Below, one piece after another: positions 9,360-18,670 of a stretch of 64,000 nt of DNA. Location: NCBI GenBank assembly GCA_049512935.1, contig JBEKWR010000001.1:96001-160000 (forward strand), read 5' to 3'. The notes under the pieces were generated by a model. The model saw nothing but the letters and a program-made list of their open reading frames with translations. It did not search any database and had not been told where the DNA came from. The stretch is from Candidatus Bathyarchaeia archaeon. GTDB lineage: Archaea; Thermoproteota; Bathyarchaeia; Bathyarchaeales; Bathycorpusculaceae. Position 1 is the stretch's first letter, and the number at the start of each line of letters is the position of its first letter. The position numbers and the translations under genes are program-made.

Positions 9360-10322
9360 CTACTCGCTGACCTCGATGGAGTCGACTTTGCCGTCCCCGT
9401 CCATGTCGAAACCCTGAATCACAACCGCAAAAGTGTCCTGCCCCTTGTACTTCTGCAGGGTTTTCTTCCAGAAATTAGCCAACGCCAAAACGCACGCTTT
9501 CGTTCCGACAGCCTTGTTGCCTGCCAAAACGACTATGCGTTTGGTGTTGTCCCACGGGTTAACGATCTTGGCTATTAGCCCAGAAACATCCGACGTGTAA
9601 ACCTGCAGGGTTTTTTCTGAGGATAAACCGCCTAGCAGGAATCCTTGGTCGGATGATTGCATTATGAATTTGATGGGTAAGTACTCGTTTATTTCCTGCG
9701 TGAGAAGGTTGGTTCCGGGTCCGCCAACAAGGATCAGGTTGTTTTTCTCCTCCTTCTCCGCTTTAACGTCAACGTCAAGTTTAACGGCGAATTCGGTTGG
9801 CATCTTGGCAAATTGCCCCAAGAAAAGCGCCAGGTGCGCGGCGTAGTGTCCGTCTCTTGCGCTGGTTTTGAAGGGGCCGTGCGGTTGGGGGCTGCCCACG
9901 ACTATTTTGCCGTCGAAGACGCCGTTGCTGATGAATTCTTTAAAGAAGTCTTGAAGCTGCTTGTCAACGCTTAAGGTGCAAACGTTCTGGATCGGCTTGT
10001 ACCCTTGTGGGAACTCGATCCCGAAGGCTGTCGAAACGGTTTTGTAGTATTTTGCCGTTGCGCCTTTCTTCTTTTCTTCTCTTACAACGGTTATTGCTCC
10101 AGCTTTGGCGAGTTTTCTTATGTGGTAGTAGACTTTCTGCTCATGCATGCCTAGCTGCTTCGCGATTTCTAAGGGGTACATTTCCTTTTTTGACAGCATT
10201 GCCAAGATTTTCCAGCTTAGGCTTCCGAGCACCATTTTGAGTTTTTGTGAATCGTTTATCATGCTGATTTCTTTTACTTCTTGCGTGTTGCCGTTGTCTT
10301 GGAGAAGAAGTTTTTTGTCCAT
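9360..10322 (-). CDS. ArsR/HTH_20-type transcriptional regulator with large C-terminal domain
   Basis: wHTH (YPLEIAKQLGMHEQKVYYHIRKLAKAGAI) plus C-terminal IVVGSP.PHGP..ARDGHYA..NLILVGGPGTN domain. Confidence 0.85.
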   Translation of the reverse strand: MDKKLLLQDNGNTQEVKEISMINDSQKLKMVLGSLSWKILAMLSKKEMYPLEIAKQLGMHEQKVYYHIRKLAKAGAITVVREEKKKGATAKYYKTVSTAFGIEFPQGYKPIQNVCTLSVDKQLQDFFKEFISNGVFDGKIVVGSPQPHGPFKTSARDGHYAAHLALFLGQFAKMPTEFAVKLDVDVKAEKEEKNNLILVGGPGTNLLTQEINEYLPIKFIMQSSDQGFLLGGLSSEKTLQVYTSDVSGLIAKIVNPWDNTKRIVVLAGNKAVGTKACVLALANFWKKTLQKYKGQDTFAVVIQGFDMDGDGKVDSIEVSE

Positions 10323-10439
10323 ATGCTATCCTAAGGTGAGTAAGGCAGGTGTACTATAAAAAATTTATTTATAATGGTGCGAAGAATTTGGGCTTCTCCT
10401 AAGCTTGCGGTCGCCCGATTGCACGGTAAACCTGGTAAA

Positions 10440-10465
10440 ACTGCTAAAAGATTTCTTTTAGCAGT
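10440..10465. promoter_or_regulatory. Perfect 12-2-12 inverted repeat, putative operator of glmS / divergent regulator
   Basis: ACTGCTAAAAGA-TT-TCTTTTAGCAGT in the divergent intergenic region. Confidence 0.75.
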
Positions 10466-10550
10466 CAAACTGAAGTCTTAACAATGCTTATTAACGAAAT
10501 TTCTCCTCCATAAAGTCAATGCTATTATTGGTGATAGTGAGGATTCGGAA

Positions 10551-12380
10551 ATGTGTGGAATATTCGGTTGCGTTTTGAAAGAGGGTAACGCCGCTCCCCT
10601 GATACACTCGTCGCTTAAACGACTTGAATATAGAGGCTACGACTCAGTGGGAATAGCGACAATCTCCGACGGCAAGATTTACCTAAAGAAGGATCAGGGA
10701 AAAATCGATGACGTTCACAAAATGTTGAACCTTGACGATTTACCTGGCAGCATAGGGATTGGCCACACGCGGTGGGCAACTCATGGCGCGCCGTTGAAGG
10801 TTAACGCTCACCCTCACGCCGACTGCACAGGCGAAATAATGGTTGTGCACAACGGCATCATTGAAAACTTTACTGATCTCAGGGCGGAACTGCAAAACCT
10901 CGACCACACGTTTGTCTCCAAAACAGACACGGAGGTAATCCCGCACCTGATCGAGCAAACCCTCAAACAGAACCCTAAATTATCCCTTATTGAGGCAGTT
11001 CAAGAAAGCATCAAGCGGCTTGAAGGCTCCTATGCCCTTGCCGTGATCTCCACAAAAGAGCCAGACAAAATCATCTGTGCCAGAAACGAGAGCCCTCTGG
11101 TTATAGGTGTAAACGGTAAAGGTGTTTTCTGTGCTTCTGACATTCCCGCGTTTCTCCCAGTCACCAACAAGGCGGTCATGGTGAATAACGGTGAACTCGT
11201 CATTCTGTCGCCTCAAGGCTACGAAATCAGGAAAATCCAGGACGGCAGCCCCGTTATTCGGGAACCTGAGACTATTGAGTGGACGGCTGAAATGGCTGTT
11301 AAACAAGGGTACCCACATTTTATGATTAAGGAGATTCATGAGCAACCCGAAACCCTGCGCAACACTCTAAGAATGCAGGAGCATTATCTGGATTTGCTTA
11401 CGACCTTCCTTGACCGCGCCAACGAAGTTTTCTTAGTCGCGTGCGGAACAAGCTACCACGCCTGCTTAGCCGCGTCATACATGTTTAGCAAACTTGCATT
11501 CTTGCCCACCCACCCAGTTTATGCTTCAGAATTCATAGAGCAGCACGGCAAGTCGGTCAGTATCGACAGCACAATCTTAGCCGTCAGTCAATCAGGCGAA
11601 ACGGCAGACACGTTGGCGGCTGTTACCTGTGCTCAACAGCGTGCAGCAACGATTCTGGGTTTAACCAACGTTATCGGCTCAACCCTAACACGTATCTCAC
11701 GGGTTTACATTGGCACGCAGGCTGGTCCAGAGATCGGCGTTGCCGCAACCAAGACGTTCACTTCGCAGCTTTCGGTTTTAGCGCAACTGGCTCTCAGGTT
11801 GTCTAAGAAACGTGGGAAGATTTCGCAGGACGAAATGGATTGCTTAGAAAAGCAGCTTTCCGACTTGCCCAACACTGTTGACACTATAGTTAAGACGCAG
11901 GAAGAAAAAGTGAAGCAAATCGCCCAGAAGTACAAGGACAGCAAAGTCTTCTTCTTTTTGGGCAGAGGAATCAGCACCGCCACCGCCTACGAAGGCAGAC
12001 TGAAGCTGATGGAGATCGCGTACATCCCGTCAATAGCGTTTCCCGCGGGCGAAAGCAAGCATGGCCCAATCAGCCTTGTCGAGAACGGTTTTCCAGTGGT
12101 TTTTGTCTGCCCCAAGGATGACTGCCACAAGACGTTGATCGGTAACATCATGGAGATGAAAGCCAGAGGCGCTCACATAATCGCCGTCATCGAGGAGGGA
12201 GACGAGGAAATCAAGGCGTTGGCTGACGATTACATTGAGGTTCCCAAGGGCATTCCTGGTGTTCTGTCGCCTATTCCTTTTGTTGTGCCCCTGCAGCTCT
12301 TAGCGTATTACGTTGCTCTTGAGAAAGGATTCAACCCCGACATGCCAAGAAACCTGGCGAAGTGTGTTACTGTAAAGTAA
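10551..12380 (+). CDS. glmS: Glutamine--fructose-6-phosphate aminotransferase (isomerizing)
   Basis: MCGIFG, LEYRGYDS, GHTRWATHG, HNGIIEN, SQSGETADT, PRNLAKCVTV. Confidence 0.98.
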   Translation: MCGIFGCVLKEGNAAPLIHSSLKRLEYRGYDSVGIATISDGKIYLKKDQGKIDDVHKMLNLDDLPGSIGIGHTRWATHGAPLKVNAHPHADCTGEIMVVHNGIIENFTDLRAELQNLDHTFVSKTDTEVIPHLIEQTLKQNPKLSLIEAVQESIKRLEGSYALAVISTKEPDKIICARNESPLVIGVNGKGVFCASDIPAFLPVTNKAVMVNNGELVILSPQGYEIRKIQDGSPVIREPETIEWTAEMAVKQGYPHFMIKEIHEQPETLRNTLRMQEHYLDLLTTFLDRANEVFLVACGTSYHACLAASYMFSKLAFLPTHPVYASEFIEQHGKSVSIDSTILAVSQSGETADTLAAVTCAQQRAATILGLTNVIGSTLTRISRVYIGTQAGPEIGVAATKTFTSQLSVLAQLALRLSKKRGKISQDEMDCLEKQLSDLPNTVDTIVKTQEEKVKQIAQKYKDSKVFFFLGRGISTATAYEGRLKLMEIAYIPSIAFPAGESKHGPISLVENGFPVVFVCPKDDCHKTLIGNIMEMKARGAHIIAVIEEGDEEIKALADDYIEVPKGIPGVLSPIPFVVPLQLLAYYVALEKGFNPDMPRNLAKCVTVK

Positions 12381-12397
12381 CCGAGGCGCATGTCCGC

Positions 12398-12868
12398 TCA
12401 TAATTTTTGGATGAAGTTGTAACTAACCGGTTCGAATCCCAAGGCTGCCCATGCCGCAATAGCCGCGGCGTTTTTGACAACAACGTTCAGGTCGACGTAT
12501 TCAACTTCACGGTTTTTCATCCATTTCAAAGCTGCCTTAATCATTGCCGCGGCGATTCCCCGACGGCGATATTCTGGGATTACATATACTGGTCCGATGT
12601 GACCAAGCCTTCGAATTTCCCAATTCGGATTACCTCGATCCATGATGGAACAACTCAAAAACCCAACTATGTCGTCGTCTTGCGCGACGAGCACAAGCCC
12701 GTCTCCTGACATTGACTTTTCGATTTTGTCTTTCACGTAGGCGAGCGCCACGGACGCGTTTTCTTTCACGTGGTATATCGGATGATAAGAAACATGATGA
12801 AAATTCAAGTCCCAGGTAAGTTCAGCTATTCGCGTTGAATCCTCAGGAGTTGCCATTCTCACGTGCAA
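12398..12868 (-). CDS. GNAT family N-acetyltransferase
   Basis: VYVIPEYRRRGIA acetyl-CoA motif, N..A...W..LGF. Confidence 0.9.
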   Translation of the reverse strand: MHVRMATPEDSTRIAELTWDLNFHHVSYHPIYHVKENASVALAYVKDKIEKSMSGDGLVLVAQDDDIVGFLSCSIMDRGNPNWEIRRLGHIGPVYVIPEYRRRGIAAAMIKAALKWMKNREVEYVDLNVVVKNAAAIAAWAALGFEPVSYNFIQKL

Positions 12869-13074
12869 TTAATTCACCAAAAATATGTGTTTCATTCCTT
12901 AGTATAAAAGCTGGTGCGTTTCCCTTGTGTTTAGAAAATTGCCAAGTAAACCCTTTTTTAGTTAAAGTCTTGCGATAAGACAACTTGACGGAAGGGTTGT
13001 GGTCTTTTCGGCGGTAAACGGCTAAACGCTTTATCGTTGCAAATTTAAATACCGAATCTTTGCAAGGTTAACTT

Positions 13075-13410
13075 ATGAGCAAAAAAGATTCGTCTAAACT
13101 CGCCGCCAAAGCCTTGAGCCTTTCAGGGCTGATTGATTACCAGGAAGGCTCAGTGGTCAGCCGCACCTTAATCGATAAGAATGCTGGGACAGTTACCGTT
13201 TTCGCTTTTGACGAAAACCAGGGTTTAAGCGAGCACACGGCACCGTACGACGCGCTGATTTATGTCATTGAGGGCGAAGTGGACCTCACCATATCAGGCA
13301 AGCCGCTTAAACTGACGCAGGGAGAAGTGACCCTTCTACCCGCCAACGAGCCCCACGCACTAACCGCAAAAACAAAACTCAAAATGCTCCTGACAATGAT
13401 AAAATCCTAG
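13075..13410 (+). CDS. Cupin domain protein
   Basis: SVVSRTL, FAFDENQGLSEHTAP, PANEPHAL. Confidence 0.9.
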   Translation: MSKKDSSKLAAKALSLSGLIDYQEGSVVSRTLIDKNAGTVTVFAFDENQGLSEHTAPYDALIYVIEGEVDLTISGKPLKLTQGEVTLLPANEPHALTAKTKLKMLLTMIKS

Positions 13411-14024
13411 CAAAAGCTGATGCCCCACTTATCCCTAAAACAATACTCCCCGAGACTTTTCCTATTCGGCACAGGCGGTTTCTCAGCCGGGTAGCCCAAC
13501 GCAATGAGCGCTTCAGGCTCAACCTCGTCTGGAACCCCGAGGACTTCGCGGACGGTTTCTTTGCAGAAAGCTGGCGCGCAGAACCAGCATGCACCCAAAC
13601 CCGAAGCATGCGCCGCCAACAGCAAGTTCTCAACGGCAGCCGCCAAACTCTGCATCGCCAAATCCCGCTCCAGCCTTTGCCTTTCAACGTCGGGAAAAGT
13701 CGCCATGCCATCCATGCTTAAACACGCAAGAACCAGCGTGGGCGCGGTTGCGAGTCTTTCAACCCGAAGCTTAAATTTTTCTGGCTCAATGGAGACGCCG
13801 TCTTTAGCCATGTCAGCAGCCCAAGACCCCTCCATAGCCTCAGCCAGCTTCCTCTTAACCTGCGGGTCCGCTAAAACGATGAATCGCCACGGTTGAGCGT
13901 TATGCGCTGAAGGCGCCCATCCAGCAGCCGACAAAACCTGCTTGATTAATTCTTCTGGAACGGAAAGGTTTTGATATTTCCTGACGCTCCGCCTCTCCCC
14001 AAACATATCTATCAAGTTTGACAT
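13407..14024 (-). CDS. Nitroreductase family protein (FbiB C-terminal-like)
   Basis: RRSVRKY, APSAHNAQPWRF, LGACW, LGYP. Confidence 0.9.
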   Translation of the reverse strand: MSNLIDMFGERRSVRKYQNLSVPEELIKQVLSAAGWAPSAHNAQPWRFIVLADPQVKRKLAEAMEGSWAADMAKDGVSIEPEKFKLRVERLATAPTLVLACLSMDGMATFPDVERQRLERDLAMQSLAAAVENLLLAAHASGLGACWFCAPAFCKETVREVLGVPDEVEPEALIALGYPAEKPPVPNRKSLGEYCFRDKWGISFC

Positions 14025-14065
14025 GCGTATTGGTATGTCGGTTTTTCTTTTTATCTTTTAATGCC

Positions 14066-15094
14066 TTAATCTCGGTTAGGTTCCAGAATAACCTTGAGCG
14101 ATTGCCCCGCTTCAGCCATCAGCCTGAACCCTTCCTGAGCCTCGCTTAAAGGGAGCCTATGTGTAATCATGTTTTTGACGTTGAGCCGTTTTGTCGCTAG
14201 AACCCGCAACGAATCGTCCAAGTCGTTTGGCGCCGCGCCGTAAGTTGTGAGAAAGGTCACTTCGTTTCTCCAGAACTGGCTGATCGGCACAGGCAACTTC
14301 ACGCTCGGGTCTGGAACGGCAAAAAACAATATTGTTCCCCCGTTGTCCACGCAGTCCATTGCTGAAAGCGACGCGGATGTGGCTCCTGTGCAAACGATAA
14401 CTTGGTCGGCTAGTCTTCCCTCGTTGACTTCCTTGAGCTTCGCTGGCAGGTTGTCCCTTGCGTCAAGCGCGTGGTTTGCGCCGAATTTCTTGGCAAGCTC
14501 CAGCCTGTACGGGTTAATGTCAGCAACCACGATGTTTTGCAAGCCCTTGAACTTGGCAAGCTGCACATGCAGGATTCCTGCTATGCCGCTGCCGATAATC
14601 AGGACCGTGTCCTCTTTTTGCAGGTTAGCCAAACGTTGACCCCGTGAAACGCACGCCAAAGGCTCGATAAAGGTGCCCTCCTCGAAAGACATGTCGTCGG
14701 GCAGCCTGTAGACGCCGAAGTCAACGTTGATTTTGGGCACCCGTATGTACTGTGAGAAGCCGCCCGGATAATAGTTCGTTGAGTGAAGGGTGTGACAGGC
14801 AGTGTGGTAGCCCCGTTTGCAGTAACGGCACTGGTTGCAGGGAACATGATGGGAAACGAAAACGCGGTCGCCGACCTTGACGCTTTTGACTTTGCCGCCG
14901 ACCTTGTCGATGACGCCTGTAGCCTCATGACCTAAAACCAACGGTGCCCTCGGGACACGGTACCATTCGATGACGTCGCTGCCGCAGATGCCGCTCGCCA
15001 TAACTTTAAGCAACGCCTCATCCTCGCCGACCTGCGGGATCGGCACCTCTTGGATGCGGACGTCATGGTTGTTGTAGTAGACGGCGGTCAGCAT
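14066..15094 (-). CDS. Zn-dependent alcohol/polyol dehydrogenase (sorbitol/threonine DH-like)
   Basis: GICGSD, GHE, CNQCRYC..C structural Zn, GSGIAG. Confidence 0.92.
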   Translation of the reverse strand: MLTAVYYNNHDVRIQEVPIPQVGEDEALLKVMASGICGSDVIEWYRVPRAPLVLGHEATGVIDKVGGKVKSVKVGDRVFVSHHVPCNQCRYCKRGYHTACHTLHSTNYYPGGFSQYIRVPKINVDFGVYRLPDDMSFEEGTFIEPLACVSRGQRLANLQKEDTVLIIGSGIAGILHVQLAKFKGLQNIVVADINPYRLELAKKFGANHALDARDNLPAKLKEVNEGRLADQVIVCTGATSASLSAMDCVDNGGTILFFAVPDPSVKLPVPISQFWRNEVTFLTTYGAAPNDLDDSLRVLATKRLNVKNMITHRLPLSEAQEGFRLMAEAGQSLKVILEPNRD

Positions 15095-15124
15095 GGTCTT
15101 CACCGAAAAAGGCAAGGTTGCTGG

Positions 15125-15919
15125 TTAGGCTTTGCCAGCTTTCACTTGTTCGTAGAGGTCCATGGCTTCATTCGGAGTGTAGCCGTCGTGGACAACTGCT
15201 CTTAAGCCTCGTATGGCGGCGACTGGGCACTCGGTTTGCCAAACGTTCCTACCTAGGTTGACGCCGATTGCGCCTGCCTGCATGCCAGCGTAGACAAAGT
15301 CGAAAACTTCCTTCTGAGTTTCAGTTTTGGGTCCCCCCGCCATGACGACTGGCACTGGGCATCCTTCAACAACCTTGTGGAAGTTCTCACAATAGTAGGT
15401 TTTAACGACGCGTGCGCCGATTTCAGCGGAAATTCTCGCTGCCAAAGCCAAGTACCTTGCTTCGCGCTTCTCAAGCTCTTTGCCGACGGCTGAAACAGCC
15501 ATAACTGGAATCCCGTAGTCTTCGCATTCGTCGACGAGTTTGGCTAGGTTGCTTAGGCTTTTGTTTTCGTATTTGCTCCCGACAAACACAGACATAGAGA
15601 CTGCCGAAGCGTTCAGCCTGATGACTTCCTGGACGGATGTAACGATGCTTTCGTTCGCCAAGTCTTCCCCGACCACGGAAACCGCGCCTGAAACACGCAT
15701 GATGATGGGTTTCTCAATGGCTGGATCGATGCAGTTGCGCAGGATGCCGCGGGTTAACATAAGGGCGTCTGCGTACTGGTAAATCGGCTTGATTGTTTCC
15801 CCGGGCTTCTCAAGGCAGTGCGTTGGTCCTTGGAAGTAGCCATGGTCAACGGGTAAAAAGACTGCTTTGCCGTCTTTCTGGATAAGTCGGCTTAACCTGT
15901 TTTTCATACCCCACTCCAA
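15125..15919 (-). CDS. lsrF: LsrF-like thiolase / DhnA-type class I aldolase
   Basis: WGMKNRL start, DHGYFQGPT, VKTYYC, AGGPK, GRNVWQ. Confidence 0.85.
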   Translation of the reverse strand: MEWGMKNRLSRLIQKDGKAVFLPVDHGYFQGPTHCLEKPGETIKPIYQYADALMLTRGILRNCIDPAIEKPIIMRVSGAVSVVGEDLANESIVTSVQEVIRLNASAVSMSVFVGSKYENKSLSNLAKLVDECEDYGIPVMAVSAVGKELEKREARYLALAARISAEIGARVVKTYYCENFHKVVEGCPVPVVMAGGPKTETQKEVFDFVYAGMQAGAIGVNLGRNVWQTECPVAAIRGLRAVVHDGYTPNEAMDLYEQVKAGKA

Positions 15920-16012
15920 AGTTTATCTCACCGCCGAACTCTTTGGCTTAAGAATTAAATTAACCTTTTCTTCACGTTGCCCCGAAATAAGAGCAAACGG
16001 ATAATTTGCGTT

Positions 16013-16031
16013 TTTTCATAAAATATGAAAA
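16013..16031. promoter_or_regulatory. 8-3-8 palindrome upstream of the lsrF operon
   Basis: TTTTCATA-AAA-TATGAAAA; AT-rich, so could be chance. Confidence 0.35.
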
Positions 16032-16175
16032 GAGAAACTTTAACGGAAGACCAATTACTTAACGTGCTCGTGGCATTTGCAGCCGTGCGGCTTATACCCT
16101 CCGCAATGAGGGCAAATGATGCTTTCGAGCGCGACAAGTTTTCCGCAGTACCTACAAGGGTGCATATAAGTTCAT

Positions 16176-17054
16176 TCACCGCCTGTTTGTGGTGCCCTGT
16201 GAATCTTTTAGCGCAGGAGCCATTGTTTTTGCTTTCTTTCGTTTCGTCAAGACTGCCGCAGAAGCCACCGCTGACGCCGCGATGATTACGGCGCCCGCGA
16301 AGACGCCGACAAGAAAGATCGACGTCTGCTGAGGCTTAGGATTCGAAGCGACAGGTACTCCCGTCTTGGTAACGGTCGGTACAGGCGAGGAGGAGGGCGC
16401 AGGCGTCAATGTAGAGTTTTGGGCTGCCGTCGTTTCGTTGGACGGCAAGGGCGACGTGTTGGGTTGGAAAATTGTTGGCGGCACAGTTTCCTGCACCGAG
16501 GAACCAGTTATTACTGCGTTGTCTGGGTACCCTTCGCTTTCCTCTGTGCCTAAGAAGTTGTAGTTTACAAGCTGGATCTGAGTAAGGGCGTCTATCCACT
16601 TGTAGCCCCAGTCGCCGGGCACAACCAATCGCAGTCCGCCTAAAGGTTGGTCGTTTACTTCGTAAGCCACCAAGATGTTAGTGTTTTGCGTCGCCGCTGA
16701 GACGGTAAGGTCTGTGGTGAAGCCGTCGGTTGCGAAGAATGCGACCTTGACGGCGCTTGAGGACACGTTAGCCTGTTGAAGTAAGTAAGAAAGTTGGACG
16801 CCCGTCCAGGAGCCCTCTTCAAGAGGCGTCGGACCATCAACGCAGACCAAAGCGGCGTTTTCGGTAGTTTGAGGCATTGCCTCGATTTGGTCAAGAGTTA
16901 GACTTAGTGGGTTTTGGACTAGACCAGTTATTGTGAGCGCCGTTGCTGGGTTGGGAGTTTGGGCGCGGGTTGAGGGCAGTTTTGGGCTGTAGGCTATGAG
17001 GGCTAAAGCTGTTAGGACTGTCAAGGTGATGGCTAAAAGGCGTTTTTTGTTCAT
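16176..17054 (-). CDS. Secreted, C-terminally anchored molybdopterin-dependent oxidoreductase domain protein (sulfite oxidase/MsrP family)
   Basis: LVCVDG (Mo-ligating Cys), WTGVQL, DGFTT, LRLVVPGDWGYKWI; signal peptide, Thr/Pro linker, TM plus KRKK. Confidence 0.85.
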   Translation of the reverse strand: MNKKRLLAITLTVLTALALIAYSPKLPSTRAQTPNPATALTITGLVQNPLSLTLDQIEAMPQTTENAALVCVDGPTPLEEGSWTGVQLSYLLQQANVSSSAVKVAFFATDGFTTDLTVSAATQNTNILVAYEVNDQPLGGLRLVVPGDWGYKWIDALTQIQLVNYNFLGTEESEGYPDNAVITGSSVQETVPPTIFQPNTSPLPSNETTAAQNSTLTPAPSSSPVPTVTKTGVPVASNPKPQQTSIFLVGVFAGAVIIAASAVASAAVLTKRKKAKTMAPALKDSQGTTNRR

Positions 17055-17077
17055 TTGAGGTCAGGCCCAACCATAAG

Positions 17078-17099
17078 AAATATGACACATGTCATATTT
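17078..17099. promoter_or_regulatory. Perfect 10-2-10 palindrome overlapping the promoter of the Mo-oxidoreductase gene
   Basis: AAATATGACA-CA-TGTCATATTT, 24 nt upstream of the ATG. Confidence 0.65.
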
Positions 17100-17210
17100 A
17101 AGGCTTGTTTAAAAGAAAACTCAACCGTTGCCACATAACCCACTTAGCGCCCGCCGTTTGCCTTCACAACCAATTCTTCTAAAATTACCAAACGGCGCCG
17201 CTTGCAATTT

Positions 17211-17426
17211 CTATTTTGATGCTGGTTTCAAAATTAAGTAGCCTTTCTCTATGAGCCAGTGATGAAACTGCCATGTCGTGTACAGGCAACTGCTGCTGCA
17301 CTTCTGCCGCACCTGCTCGTAAGCGACCGACCCCTCCGAGAGCGTGTTCAACTCCACTTGGACCGGGCACTTCACGTCCTTGCAGAATTCCCTTCGCTTG
17401 TACTCAACAAACCCTTCAGGCGCCAT
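17211..17426 (-). CDS. Small Cys/His-rich, probably metal-binding protein
   Basis: CKDVKC..CSSSC..FHHWL; start ATG 17426. Confidence 0.75.
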   Translation of the reverse strand: MAPEGFVEYKRREFCKDVKCPVQVELNTLSEGSVAYEQVRQKCSSSCLYTTWQFHHWLIEKGYLILKPASK

Positions 17427-17605
17427 TTTCCATCGCACGCTACTTCACAGTCTACACTAATAAGCCCTTTGCCGCACCGCAATCAAACCAGCAGATTCCA
17501 AGTTGCACCTGCGGCTTTTTTATTTAAACCGCATTCAGTGCTTTCAGTTCGAGGCAGGCGGATGTTTAGGTTCCCTTTTAAGCTGGTTTTTAATTTGTTG
17601 CGTGT

Positions 17606-18235
17606 ATGCCCAAACTTTACCTGTTAGGCGGAGAAAACGTGTTTAAGCGAAGCGCGTGGGAAGTAAACGAGAGCGCTTTCAAAGAGGCAGGAGGGCACCC
17701 GTCTGTCGCTGTGTTTCCTTGGGCGCGAGCATCTTTTGACAGAATGTACCGTGAACGCAAGATTCTCTTTGACTACTTTGTCAGCCTCGGCGCCAGCACA
17801 GTGGATTTCATTGAGTACTCCGATTCCAACGAGGCAATCGCCCAGAAAATCGCGTCTTCAAACCTGATTTACCTGACGGGCGGACTAGTCACCGCGTTAG
17901 TTGAGCGTTTCAGAAAGATGCAGGTAGACAGCCTGCTTAAAGATTACCCAGGCGTCATCGTTGGCAGAAGCGCTGGGGCACTGGCTCTCTGCAAGAGATG
18001 TGTAATAACTGGTCGCTGGAACAGGGAGGTCAGGTTGGTCGATGGTTTGGGCTTAGCCGACCTTACCCTTAAGGCTCATTATAAACCTCGAAAAGACGAG
18101 GCGCTGCTGCAGTTGTCGCAAGATGAAAAAATTTACGCCGTACCCTCACGGTCAGCAATCCTTTATGAGAATGGCTGTTGCTCTTTTATCGGAAAAATTT
18201 ACCTGTTTGCGAACGGCGAAAAAACCATGCTATAA
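17606..18235 (+). CDS. Peptidase S51 (dipeptidase E-like, class I GATase fold)
   Basis: IYLTGG, GRSAGA nucleophile, KAHY. Confidence 0.85.
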   Translation: MPKLYLLGGENVFKRSAWEVNESAFKEAGGHPSVAVFPWARASFDRMYRERKILFDYFVSLGASTVDFIEYSDSNEAIAQKIASSNLIYLTGGLVTALVERFRKMQVDSLLKDYPGVIVGRSAGALALCKRCVITGRWNREVRLVDGLGLADLTLKAHYKPRKDEALLQLSQDEKIYAVPSRSAILYENGCCSFIGKIYLFANGEKTML

Positions 18236-18262
18236 TTGTTCTGCGGCGCTTTCCCAAGATGT

Positions 18263-18505
18263 TCACTTGTTGTCTTGCCGCGGTTTTCTTTGAGCAACCG
18301 CAAGAATGACAGTGACCAAAATAAGCACAAGAAGTACCGTGCCGAAGAACATCAGGGGAATCCTGACCGCAGGCTGGTTCTGAAGAACATTTGTGGTAGG
18401 CATCCCTCCAAGATAGGCCGCTAAATAAATAATCACGAAGACCGCGCCTACCCCTTCAAGAGAGAATAGCACGGTACTGGCTAATTTTTGGTTTGTAAAC
18501 GCCAT
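18263..18505 (-). CDS. Small two-TM membrane protein
   Basis: Two hydrophobic segments, ATG start. Confidence 0.7.
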   Translation of the reverse strand: MAFTNQKLASTVLFSLEGVGAVFVIIYLAAYLGGMPTTNVLQNQPAVRIPLMFFGTVLLVLILVTVILAVAQRKPRQDNK

Positions 18506-18670
18506 TGAAATTAACTCTTTTGACTTTGTCGATTTAACAATTTAAGACGAATTTATATTTAAATTAATCCTTTCACGGGGAAGAATGAAAATAACAAAAA
18601 ACTAATTTGCGTCAAACCGAAAAAATAATATACTCTGAAAAGAAGAAGTTGTGGCAATTGGTTGAGGGCT

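Noticed and set aside
16025-16285. 86-aa plus-strand ORF
   Set aside because: Overlaps the 3' end of the Mo-enzyme gene and has no recognisable motif
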